This document shows, in pieces, positions 26,070 through 35,052 of a stretch of 38,570 bases of DNA. The number at the start of each line of letters is the position of its first letter. Within the stretch, counting starts at the first letter, position 1. The DNA is from Oscillospiraceae bacterium (GTDB lineage Bacteria > Bacillota > Clostridia > Oscillospirales > Ruminococcaceae): the NCBI GenBank assembly GCA_017828955.1, contig JAGAJQ010000054.1:1-38570 (forward strand), given 5' to 3'. Both the position numbers and the translations under genes were made by a program. The notes under the pieces were generated by a model that was not told where the DNA came from, did not search any database, and was given only the letters and a program-made list of their open reading frames with translations.

Positions 26070-27176
26070 ATGCAGAAGAAATCAAAAATAATTATCATTT
26101 CGATAGTTTCGGCTATCCTTTTGATCGTCGGAGTTTTTACTGCCATATCACTTACGGGTGCAGGAAATAATACAGAAAAAGTAACAACGGAAAAACTCTC
26201 TCTCGGGCAGAAATTTTTACTCGACCTTGAATACGACAAGGCCGTTGCGGAATTTCAGGCAGTTATTGATATCGAGCCTAAGAATGTTGACGCTTACATA
26301 GGGCTTGCGGATGCCTATATCGGAATGGGCGAAGAAGAAAAGGCAATAGAAACTCTCGAAAAAGGTTTTATGGAAACAGGCGATGAAACTATCAGGGCGA
26401 AACTCGATGAGATTAAAGAGGTTGAGGAGACGACAGCGGAGGTTACTACTACTCCCGAGGTGACGACAACTCCGCCTGAAACGACAACAGAGGAGGTAAC
26501 GACAACACCTGAGGTTACGACTACTCCCGAGGTTACTACAACACCCGAGGTGACAACAACTGAGGAAATAACTACAACTCCCGAGGTTACTACAACCCTA
26601 AAAGGTCCGAGAACGGAGAGGGTAGATTTTGATGACGGAAGTTATCTGATTCACGAATATGACAAAGATGGTCAGTGTTTAAAAGAAACAGTATATTATT
26701 CAAATGGCGAATCCTATGGAGAAGCCACTAACGGCTTAACTGGTTGGTGGAATAATAAGAAAAATGAAACAGTTGAATACCGGTTTATTCATTTTAATAA
26801 ATGGATACGCGAGTTTGATTCAAATGGAAATATGATAAAAGTAAGTTATTACAACGCCGACGGAACGCTTAGTTATTACTATATAAACGAATACGATTCA
26901 AATGGAAATAGGATAAAAGAAAGTAGTTACAACGGCGACGGAACACTTATAGTTATATTAGAATACGATTCAAATGGAAATAGGATAAAAGACAGTTGGT
27001 ACCACTCCGACGGAACACTTTATAATTACTCTATACACGAATACGATTCAAATGGAAATAGGATAAAAGAAAGTTGGTACACCCCCGACGGAACACTTTA
27101 TTTGATATCCGAATACGATTCAAATGGAAATAGGATAAAAGAAAGTTGGTACAACCCCGACGGAACACCGATGTAA
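26070..27176 (+). CDS. Paralogue D: TM anchor + TPR module + long PEVTTT linker + YD-like repeats
   Basis: The N-terminal module is by eye about 90% identical in nucleotides to paralogue A. Junction KGPRTERVD, then repeats EYDSNGNRIKESWY. Confidence 0.85.
   Translation: MQKKSKIIIISIVSAILLIVGVFTAISLTGAGNNTEKVTTEKLSLGQKFLLDLEYDKAVAEFQAVIDIEPKNVDAYIGLADAYIGMGEEEKAIETLEKGFMETGDETIRAKLDEIKEVEETTAEVTTTPEVTTTPPETTTEEVTTTPEVTTTPEVTTTPEVTTTEEITTTPEVTTTLKGPRTERVDFDDGSYLIHEYDKDGQCLKETVYYSNGESYGEATNGLTGWWNNKKNETVEYRFIHFNKWIREFDSNGNMIKVSYYNADGTLSYYYINEYDSNGNRIKESSYNGDGTLIVILEYDSNGNRIKDSWYHSDGTLYNYSIHEYDSNGNRIKESWYTPDGTLYLISEYDSNGNRIKESWYNPDGTPM
26421..26598 (+). repeat. Thr/Pro/Glu/Val low-complexity tandem repeat (PEVTTT units)
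   Basis: EVTTTPEVTTTPPETTTEEVTTTPEVTTTPEVTTTPEVTTTEEITTTPEVTTT, encoded by degenerate 18-nt units. Confidence 0.8.
26811..27173 (+). repeat. Intragenic tandem 72/78-bp repeats, about 5 units
   Basis: Unit starts at 26811, 26889, 26961, 27039 and 27111. The string GAATACGATTCAAATGGAAATAGGATAAAAGA recurs four times, at the last four unit starts. Confidence 0.85.
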
Positions 27177-27202
27177 AAATCCCCGAAAGGACTTGAAAAA
27201 TT

Positions 27203-30200
27203 ATGGCATATATATTTTATTTCAACTTCAAAGAAAATGTTTATGAATACCCGTTGCCTGCTGTCAACAACAGGGTCATAAGCATTGATATATCTGAATT
27301 CTCATCGGAAAAAGGCGTTATAAATCTTGAAATCTTTGACGGCGTATGGAAACTCCTCCCCTCAGAAGATTTCAACTTCTCAGTGAACAACTCAATAATA
27401 ACAGAGAAGAAAATCGAAGACGGCGACAAAATCACAGCGAAGAAAAAACGCGGGGAACTCACCTTTATGATTTTTGCGCTCAAAGCCTCTGAAAACACAA
27501 GCGTATACAGAAAATGGTCGCTCGAAGGGGTAAACAGGGTTACTGTCGGTATGGATGAAAACTGCGATATCGTTTATAAAGAACAGTTTGTCAGCCATAA
27601 ACACGCAACTATCGAAAGAAAAGGCTCGGGCTTTTTCCTTACAGACAATTCAACAAACGGAACATTTTTAAATGGCTCGAAAATATCGGGCGAAACCCCT
27701 CTTTCTATCTTTGACACAATATACATACTGGGTCTTAAAATAATCTTTTTAGGCGAATATATAGCAACAAACAAGATTTTGGAACTCGGCGTTTCGCTTA
27801 CTGAAATATGCGATATAAACAATGATTATGAGCCTTATGAGGATGAATCCGACTTTTCTCGTTCACCGAGAAGAATAGAGCCTCTCGATGAAGAAGTAAT
27901 TGAGATAGAATCCCCTCCCTCACAGCATAAGGCTTCGAGTCAGCCTCTTATTTTCATAATAGGCCCTTCGGTAACAATGCCACTGCCGATTATGATTTCT
28001 GTCATCATAAATATGATGTCATCGGGCAACACATCAAATCCGCTTATGTATTTAGGAACGGTAATTTCCGTTGTATGTTCGGGATTCATAGGCGCGGGTT
28101 GGGCACTCGCACATCAGTTTTATAACAAGAAGACAGTTAAAAAACAGGAAGAAGCAAGAGTAAAGGCATATGGCGAATATATTGCCAAAAACGAAAATCT
28201 TCTCTCTGAAAAACAGGATAAGAACAAGCGTATTATAGATGAACAGTTTTTATCCTCAGATAAACTTATGAAAAAGGTTTTCAAGGATAAGACTTTTTTA
28301 TGGAACAGAAATATAAACCACGCCGATTTCTCGAAAATCCGTTTCGGAACAGGCTCTGTAAAACTTCCTAACGGAATATCTGTTCCCAAGGAAAGATTTT
28401 CTATGAATGACGACACCCTTGCCGACAAGCCGAGAGAGCTTTTCGACCGTTACAACACAATGGAAGACTGCGCATATACCGCAAGACTCAACGACAGCAA
28501 GATATGGGGCGTTATCGGTGAATATAAGAATGTTATGAATATCGTCAATAACATCGCCGTTCAGCTTTCGGCGCTCCATAGTTATAGCGATATCAAGATA
28601 GCGATTCTCTGTAAAGAAAACGAAAAGGAAAAATATCTCTGGATGAAGTGGCTTCCTCATATATTCTCATCCGACAGAAAAGTAAGAATGTTCGGATGCG
28701 ACAGCAACTCTGTAAAGAATGTATGCAATTTCCTCGGCGGAGAACTCCGTTCAAGAGAGGAGAATGCAGAGGGTGCATTATCAAGGGATTTAAGATTTCT
28801 CCCTCATTATTTCGTTATCTGCACAGACAAGTCCATCCTTGAAAAGAACAGTCTTTCAAAATACATAATGAATAATTCCGAGCTCGGTTTTACATTCATT
28901 CTTGCATACGAAAAGATGGACAAACTCCCCAATGAATGTAAGGTCATCATACAGCATGACGAAACATACAGCGGAATATATTCGCTTTCATCAACTATCG
29001 ACGAAACAAACTCTGTAAATTTCGATAACGTTGATGTAAAATACGCAGAAAAATATGCAAGAGCAATAAGCGGACTTTATCTTACAGAATTCACACAGGG
29101 CGAAATCCCCGCTTCTATCGATTATCTCGATATGCTCGGCATAGGAAAATTCGAACAATGGAACCTTATCAGAAAATACAAGGAAAACCGTTCTTATGAA
29201 AGTCTTGCTTCGTTTATAGGAATAGGAACAGGTAACCGCCCCGTTGTTCTTGATATCAGCGAAAAGATGCATGGTCCTCATGGTCTTATTGCGGGAACAA
29301 CAGGCTCGGGTAAGAGTGAAACAATACAGACATTTATTCTTTCGCTTATTTTAAATTACAGCCCCGATGAAGTTGCGTTTATCCTTATTGACTATAAGGG
29401 TGGAGGAATGGCAGCCGCTTTTGAAGGAATACCTCACCTTGCGGGAATTATCACAAACCTCGGCGGAGATACAGGCGAGGGTGAGATTGACGAAAACCTT
29501 ACAAGACGTGCACTTATCTCGATAAAGAGTGAAATAAAGAGAAGACAGCAGATTTTCAACCGCTATAAAGTAAACCATATAAACCAGTATATAAAGATGT
29601 ACAGAGGCGGTGCTGTCAGCGAAGCATTACCCCATTTGATTATTATATCGGACGAATTTGCAGAACTTAAACACAAACAGCCTGAATTCATCAAAGAACT
29701 TGTCAGCGTTGCCAGAGTAGGAAGAAGCCTCGGCGTTCATCTTATACTTGCAACACAGAAACCTTCGGGGGTTGTCGATGAAGAAATCTGGAGTAACTCA
29801 CGTTTCAAAATCTGTCTTAAAGTTCAGGACAAGCAGGACAGTATAGGAATGCTCAAACGCCCCGAGGCAGCATATCTTGTCAATACGGGACGCGCTTATA
29901 TGCAGATAGGAAACGATGAGATTTTTGATATGTTCCAGTCGGGATATTCGGGTGCTGAATATATGCCGACAGATGAATTTGTTTCTTCAAAGGATAAGGA
30001 AGTCATTATGATTGATATCGACGGAACATATCTTGAAGAAAACACAATGACAGGAAAAGGAAATCAGACAGGTATCTCACAGCTTAAAGCGGGTATTGAT
30101 TATGTAATAAATGTTTCGGCAATGAGTGGTTTCAAACCGACAAGAAAACTTTGGAATGAATGTCTGCCTTCGCTTATCGGTCTTGATAAACTTGATGTTT

Positions 30201-31798
30201 CGGGCATTGATTTTAAAAGCGGGCTCATCTCCTGCTATGGTATCATTGATAACCCTGAAAAACAGTCACAGTATCCTGCTGTCGTTGATGTTTCAAAGAC
30301 ATCTCATATACTTGTTTCAGGTATGTCAGGCTCAGGAAAATCAACATTCTTACAGACAATGGTATATTCTCTTGTTTCAAGATATACTCCCGATGAAATA
30401 CAGTTCTACTTCATAGATTTTTCAAGCAGAACAACAAGAAAATTTGAAAAGCTTCCTCATTGCGGAGGAGTTGTTTTCCAGGAACACAACGAACTCATAG
30501 AAAGACTTTTCAGACTTCTTGAAAACGAATGTGATGAAAGAAGAAGAATTTTCGATAAGGCAGATGCGGGAAGTTTCGGTGAATATACAAAGAAGAATAA
30601 AATGCCTATGATACTTGTTGTAATCGACAATTATGCAGGTTTTTCAGAAGGGTATCCCGAACTTGCAGAAAAACTCGCAGGGTTTTCAAGAGACTGCCTT
30701 AAATACGGCATCCAGCTTGTTATTTCAGCGAATAATACAAACGATGTGAAATACAAGACAATGCAGAATATCGGATATAAAATCGCACTCCGCCTTTCAG
30801 ACCGTTATGGATATAACGAAATACTCGGTGGTGCGCCCGAATTCACACCTTCAAAATATGCAGGCCGTGGTCTTGTAAAAGAAGACGGTATTTTAGAATT
30901 CCAGACAGCTGTTCCGTTTGAAATCGAAGATGAAACAGAACGTTCTGAAAAGATGATAAAGGAATTTTCAGATATCGCAAAGAAATACAAGAAACACACT
31001 CCCGCAAAGAGAATTCCGTCTATCCCCAGGGATGAAATATATGCTGATTTCTATGAAAAGAATAAGGCGGATGGTATGATTCCTTTAGGATACGATACAA
31101 ACGATATCTCACCTCTTTCTCTTTCGAGACGTGATACATTCTGTCTTGCTGTCGGTGCTTCTGAAGAAAAGAGTATATCGCTTATGTTCAGTAACTTCAC
31201 TTACTGTGCGAAACAGTCGGGCGCTGTTGTATGGTATTTTAAAACATCGACAGATATGCTCTGTAAACCTGAATATGTCGACAGGGTTTATACAAAGACA
31301 AAAATCGAAGATTTTCTTAAAGCCTTGCAGAAAGAGTTTGAAACTGCATCTGAAATAAGAGGGAAATATAAGGATTCTATGAGTGTAAACGAGATGGAAA
31401 CAAAGGTTGTCGAAGAAAAGAAGATGCTCTATATCTTTATTGATAATATGGCAGAATTTTGTAAGATAATATATAATCCCAAAAATGAATATCCGCTTAA
31501 TAATATTGTTGAGGAGACATTCAGATATGGCGAAAAGAGAGGGGTAACCTTTATAGTTGGCTTCGGAACTGATAGCTATATCGACGCTATACACAGCACA
31601 GCCTGCAGGAATTTCCTCTTTAATAAGACAATTCTTCATATCGGCGGACATCTTGATCAGCAGAAACTTTATTCTTCATCATTGCCTTATAATATCCAGA
31701 ACAGACCTCTTGATTTACAGACAGGCTATTTCTTCAACGGAACAACCGAAAGACAGATATTCATACCATTGTCCGAACGAGGTGAAAACGATGCTTGA
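27203..31798 (+). CDS. essC: T7SS FtsK/SpoIIIE-family ATPase EssC (N-terminal FHA region, 2 TM helices, 3 ATPase domains)
   Basis: FHA-like segment VTVGMDENCDIVYKEQFVSHKHATIE...STNGTFLNG and two TM helices. D1 has GTTGSGKSE and IIISDEFAEL. D2 has GMSGSGKST and VVIDNYA. D3 has the degenerate P-loop GASEEKS. The 1531-aa length is typical of EssC/YukB. Confidence 0.9.
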   Translation: MAYIFYFNFKENVYEYPLPAVNNRVISIDISEFSSEKGVINLEIFDGVWKLLPSEDFNFSVNNSIITEKKIEDGDKITAKKKRGELTFMIFALKASENTSVYRKWSLEGVNRVTVGMDENCDIVYKEQFVSHKHATIERKGSGFFLTDNSTNGTFLNGSKISGETPLSIFDTIYILGLKIIFLGEYIATNKILELGVSLTEICDINNDYEPYEDESDFSRSPRRIEPLDEEVIEIESPPSQHKASSQPLIFIIGPSVTMPLPIMISVIINMMSSGNTSNPLMYLGTVISVVCSGFIGAGWALAHQFYNKKTVKKQEEARVKAYGEYIAKNENLLSEKQDKNKRIIDEQFLSSDKLMKKVFKDKTFLWNRNINHADFSKIRFGTGSVKLPNGISVPKERFSMNDDTLADKPRELFDRYNTMEDCAYTARLNDSKIWGVIGEYKNVMNIVNNIAVQLSALHSYSDIKIAILCKENEKEKYLWMKWLPHIFSSDRKVRMFGCDSNSVKNVCNFLGGELRSREENAEGALSRDLRFLPHYFVICTDKSILEKNSLSKYIMNNSELGFTFILAYEKMDKLPNECKVIIQHDETYSGIYSLSSTIDETNSVNFDNVDVKYAEKYARAISGLYLTEFTQGEIPASIDYLDMLGIGKFEQWNLIRKYKENRSYESLASFIGIGTGNRPVVLDISEKMHGPHGLIAGTTGSGKSETIQTFILSLILNYSPDEVAFILIDYKGGGMAAAFEGIPHLAGIITNLGGDTGEGEIDENLTRRALISIKSEIKRRQQIFNRYKVNHINQYIKMYRGGAVSEALPHLIIISDEFAELKHKQPEFIKELVSVARVGRSLGVHLILATQKPSGVVDEEIWSNSRFKICLKVQDKQDSIGMLKRPEAAYLVNTGRAYMQIGNDEIFDMFQSGYSGAEYMPTDEFVSSKDKEVIMIDIDGTYLEENTMTGKGNQTGISQLKAGIDYVINVSAMSGFKPTRKLWNECLPSLIGLDKLDVSGIDFKSGLISCYGIIDNPEKQSQYPAVVDVSKTSHILVSGMSGSGKSTFLQTMVYSLVSRYTPDEIQFYFIDFSSRTTRKFEKLPHCGGVVFQEHNELIERLFRLLENECDERRRIFDKADAGSFGEYTKKNKMPMILVVIDNYAGFSEGYPELAEKLAGFSRDCLKYGIQLVISANNTNDVKYKTMQNIGYKIALRLSDRYGYNEILGGAPEFTPSKYAGRGLVKEDGILEFQTAVPFEIEDETERSEKMIKEFSDIAKKYKKHTPAKRIPSIPRDEIYADFYEKNKADGMIPLGYDTNDISPLSLSRRDTFCLAVGASEEKSISLMFSNFTYCAKQSGAVVWYFKTSTDMLCKPEYVDRVYTKTKIEDFLKALQKEFETASEIRGKYKDSMSVNEMETKVVEEKKMLYIFIDNMAEFCKIIYNPKNEYPLNNIVEETFRYGEKRGVTFIVGFGTDSYIDAIHSTACRNFLFNKTILHIGGHLDQQKLYSSSLPYNIQNRPLDLQTGYFFNGTTERQIFIPLSERGENDA

Positions 31799-32522
31799 TG
31801 TTTATATCTATGACGCGGATATTTCAAGGCATACTACTGTTCAGAGCTATTGTTTCAGATTTTTTATGAGGAAAAATCTGACATCCGAAATAAAACTCAT
31901 AACAGCCGACGCTATGGAAGCAGGCAGAGTTTTTTCAGAAGAGGAGAAGCAATCTGTTTTTATAATAAGCTGTGATGAATATTCCGATTATCTTATAAAA
32001 TCTATGAGAAAAGGGAATGCCGAAAATTATCTGATAATTGTTGCAAACGATTTTGATGATATTCTTAAATATCTGAAACCCGGTCATAAACCATCAGGAT
32101 TTATATTAAGACCTATGAAACCCTATGACATAGAAAAACTTATGGGAGATATAATTTCGGATTATAAATCGAAAAAAGAAAAGCAGGAGTTTGATTGTTT
32201 TGTTTTCAAGATGAAGTCAACGGAATACAGCATTCCGTTTGACTCGATAATATCCTTTGAAAGCGGAAACAAGAAAATAAAACTGAAAACCGCCGAAAAG
32301 GAATATTCCTTTTACAGCACATTCGATGATATACAGAACACCCTCCCCGATGGGTTTATAAGGGTGCATAAAAGCTATATCATCAATATGGCGCATATAA
32401 AAGAAATTCATTATGCCGATTCTGAAATTATTTTAAGCGGTGGAACAAGCGTTTATTTTTCAAGGACATACCGCAGTGTTGTCAGAGAACTTTTCAACAT
32501 AAACGCAGAAACAGTCTCATAG
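31791..32522 (+). CDS. LytTR-family DNA-binding protein with atypical receiver-like N-terminal domain
   Basis: ATG at 31791 follows RBS GAGGTGA and overlaps the essC stop (ATGCTTGA). The listed start at 31557 lies inside essC. The C-terminal LytTR motif is FIRVHKSYIINMAHIKEI. The N-terminal domain has VYIYDAD and VFIISCD but lacks the conserved receiver Thr/Ser and Lys (LIIVAN, FILRP). Confidence 0.75.
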   Translation: MLDVYIYDADISRHTTVQSYCFRFFMRKNLTSEIKLITADAMEAGRVFSEEEKQSVFIISCDEYSDYLIKSMRKGNAENYLIIVANDFDDILKYLKPGHKPSGFILRPMKPYDIEKLMGDIISDYKSKKEKQEFDCFVFKMKSTEYSIPFDSIISFESGNKKIKLKTAEKEYSFYSTFDDIQNTLPDGFIRVHKSYIINMAHIKEIHYADSEIILSGGTSVYFSRTYRSVVRELFNINAETVS

Positions 32523-32534
32523 GAGGAAATTTAT

Positions 32535-32792
32535 ATGACAAAGATACTTGTTGAAATAAATTGCCCCTCAACTGCAAGAAACTATGAATTCTGGATTTCA
32601 AAGCAGATGATTGTAAAGGACGTTATAAAAATCTGCAAAGAAGAAATCTGTATGACAGAGGGCAATAAGAAGATTTTCAACGATAACGAAAATATGGTGC
32701 TTTTTTCACAGAGGCTCCGTATTCCGCTTAATGAAAACTATACCGCAACCGAAGCGGGAATCATAAGCGGAGATAAACTTATGATTGTTTAA
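32535..32792 (+). CDS. esaB: YukD/EsaB-like ubiquitin-fold T7SS protein (85 aa)
   Basis: Size, a beta-grasp-like pattern (KILVEINCP, YEFWISKQMIVKDV, ISGDKLMIV at the C-terminus) and position beside essC. RBS AGGAGG. Confidence 0.65.
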   Translation: MTKILVEINCPSTARNYEFWISKQMIVKDVIKICKEEICMTEGNKKIFNDNENMVLFSQRLRIPLNENYTATEAGIISGDKLMIV

Positions 32793-32806
32793 AGAGGACG
32801 AATTTT

Positions 32807-33652
32807 ATGCAGAAAAAATCAAAAATAATCATAATTTCGGTAGTTTCGGCAATTCTTTTAGTTGTAGGAGTTTTTACCGCCATAGCACTCACAGGTAAGG
32901 GAAACAGCATTGAAAAAGAGGTCGGCGAAAAGCTCTCTCTCGGGCAGAAATTCTTGCTTGACCTCGAATACGACAAGGCCGTTGCGGAATTTCAGGCAGT
33001 TATTGATATCGAGCCTAAGAATGTTGACGCTTATATAGGCCTTGCTGATGCCTATATCGGCATGGGCGAAGAAGAAAAGGCAATAGAAACCCTCGAAAAA
33101 GGTTTTATGGAGACAGGCGATGAAAAGATTCAGGCGAAACTCGAAGAGATGAAAACCCCCGAAGAAACAACCGCAGAGGTAACCACAACACCCGAGGAGA
33201 CGACAACTGTTCCTGAAACTACAACAACAGTTGCGACGACAGCCAAAAAATCAGGCTGGACAGAGAGGAAAGATTATAGCGATGGTTCTTATCGGATAAT
33301 CGAATACGATTCGGACGGGCATATGATAAAATCAAGTTATTACAACGCTGACGGAACGCTTAATTATTACTATATAAACGAATACGATTCAAAAGGAATT
33401 TTGATAAAAAATAGTTTTTACAATGCCGACGGCATACTTGATTGCTATTATACTTATGAATATTATTCCTATCCTGGCAAATACAAAAAAGCATATAAAT
33501 ATCTTCCTGACGGAACACTTGACAGTTATTCTTTATTTGAATATTATGAATCCGGTTACATCAAAAAACAGACATGGTATTACCAATCGGGTGGCGAAGG
33601 CTGGCATGATTGGGAAGACGGAGAAGCCATGTGGGCTCATGCGATTTGGTAA
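32807..33652 (+). CDS. Paralogue E: TM anchor + TPR module + Thr-rich linker + YD-like repeats
   Basis: Same MQKKSKIIIIS start and TPR module. Repeats EYDSDGHMIKSSYYNADGTL. The divergent Trp-rich C-terminus is WYYQSGGEGWHDWEDGEAMWAHAIW. Confidence 0.85.
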   Translation: MQKKSKIIIISVVSAILLVVGVFTAIALTGKGNSIEKEVGEKLSLGQKFLLDLEYDKAVAEFQAVIDIEPKNVDAYIGLADAYIGMGEEEKAIETLEKGFMETGDEKIQAKLEEMKTPEETTAEVTTTPEETTTVPETTTTVATTAKKSGWTERKDYSDGSYRIIEYDSDGHMIKSSYYNADGTLNYYYINEYDSKGILIKNSFYNADGILDCYYTYEYYSYPGKYKKAYKYLPDGTLDSYSLFEYYESGYIKKQTWYYQSGGEGWHDWEDGEAMWAHAIW

Positions 33653-33667
33653 TTTTTGGATTTTCAT

Positions 33668-33705
33668 AAAAAGGACATCTTTTTTAAGATGTCCTTTTTA
33701 TTTTA
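33668..33705. terminator. Bidirectional rho-independent terminator
   Basis: 12-bp stem AAAAAGGACATC / GATGTCCTTTTT with an 8-nt loop and flanking A/T runs, between convergent operons. Confidence 0.75.
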
Positions 33706-33707
33706 TC

Positions 33708-35048
33708 TTATTTACAACCCATTAAAACGCTCGCAGAGAAAATTCCGTTTTCTGCGTTTGCGGAATAAGAACCGTAATATTTTTCGGCGATGTTTTTGAC
33801 GATGTTCGTTCCTAGTCCGTGAAGGAGTTTATCCTTTTTCTGAGTTGTAAGTTTCTTGGCTTTTTCTTCATCAAGACAAGAGTTTTCACAACAGATAGCG
33901 ATAGTTCCCTTCTTGCAGACGCAGTTGAGCGTTATCTTCTTTTCACCTTCTGCTATGCGTTCACATTCTTCGATAGCGTTGTCAAGTAAATTTGTGAAAA
34001 CCGAAACGATATCCATAGAGTCGATATCTATTTTTTCGGGCAAGTTTATTGATGTTTCAAAAGTAATGCCCTTTTCCTTGGCGATTGTTTCTTTACTTGA
34101 AACCGCAGCGTTTACTATGTTGTTTTCACAGTATTCGATTTTCTTTACATCATAAGAAGATGTCATTTCGCTGACATATTTTTTAAATCCCTCGGTGTCG
34201 TTGTTTTCAGAAAGGATACGAAGCGCCTGAATGTGATTTTTTATGTCGTGGTTCATTTTTCTTATCGTCTGCTGATTTTTTTCAAGAGAAGCGTAATAGT
34301 CAAACTGCAACTGAGTCTGCTTTTTTAAAAATTCCTTTTCACGCTTATAGTTCGAACTTAAAACCGTACTGAAAAGAATGGTATAAAGTATCATAAGGGG
34401 AATAAGCATTGTATAGAATATTGTCGGATATTTAAATTCGCCTGTCATAGAAAAATCATTGATAAACATAATTACAAATCCGGGGATTTCTATGAGAACG
34501 AAAACTATCGAGAAAATCATCGAAAAAGCAATTGGCGGATGATATCTTCTGAAAAGAACAGGACCCGCAAGATAAAGGGGAAGAAGAAATCCTGTCCAGT
34601 CGATAAGTTTTCTGAATATCCATTCCGCGATTACAACGCTTTGGGAATAATTATCTGATGAAAGAATAAATTCCCGAACACCCGTTGCGTCATAACAGAA
34701 TGAAATTATTGTCGAGATAGTTGTTGTTGCAAAGGCAACGAGAAAATAGAATGAAAAATATCTCCATTTGTCTTCGTTGTAGTTTATGGATGTATAGATG
34801 TAAACCATAGCATAAAATGCAAACGATAAAATAAGCATTACATATATGTCAACATTATATCCGTCGGTTGTAATCAATCCTTTGAAGATATTTCCGATGA
34901 ATTTTATAGTGAAGAAAACAGGCAGAAGAATTTTTGAAAATTTCTTCGGCGGAATGGCAATCATTATTGAAAGAAATTCAATAATGGTCGTAAGAAAAAT
35001 CTCTACTATATAAAAAATGTCACTCGTATTGTTGTAAGGTGTAAACAT
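33708..35048 (-). CDS. AgrC/LytS-type (HPK10-like) sensor histidine kinase
   Basis: Six to seven N-terminal TM helices, H-box MNHDIKNHIQALR, N-box FTNLLDNAIEE and G-box GLGTNIVKNIAEKY. Start moved from the listed TTG at 35081 to the ATG at 35048, which has RBS AGAGGGG and follows the regulator's stop codon. Confidence 0.8.
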   Translation of the reverse strand: MFTPYNNTSDIFYIVEIFLTTIIEFLSIMIAIPPKKFSKILLPVFFTIKFIGNIFKGLITTDGYNVDIYVMLILSFAFYAMVYIYTSINYNEDKWRYFSFYFLVAFATTTISTIISFCYDATGVREFILSSDNYSQSVVIAEWIFRKLIDWTGFLLPLYLAGPVLFRRYHPPIAFSMIFSIVFVLIEIPGFVIMFINDFSMTGEFKYPTIFYTMLIPLMILYTILFSTVLSSNYKREKEFLKKQTQLQFDYYASLEKNQQTIRKMNHDIKNHIQALRILSENNDTEGFKKYVSEMTSSYDVKKIEYCENNIVNAAVSSKETIAKEKGITFETSINLPEKIDIDSMDIVSVFTNLLDNAIEECERIAEGEKKITLNCVCKKGTIAICCENSCLDEEKAKKLTTQKKDKLLHGLGTNIVKNIAEKYYGSYSANAENGIFSASVLMGCK

Positions 35049-35052
35049 TTTA

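Noticed and set aside
31557-31790. Listed start at 31557 for the LytTR ORF (321 aa).
   Set aside because: The first 78 codons overlap the 3' end of essC in another frame and have no RBS. The ATG at 31791 has a GAGGTGA RBS and gives a sensible domain boundary.
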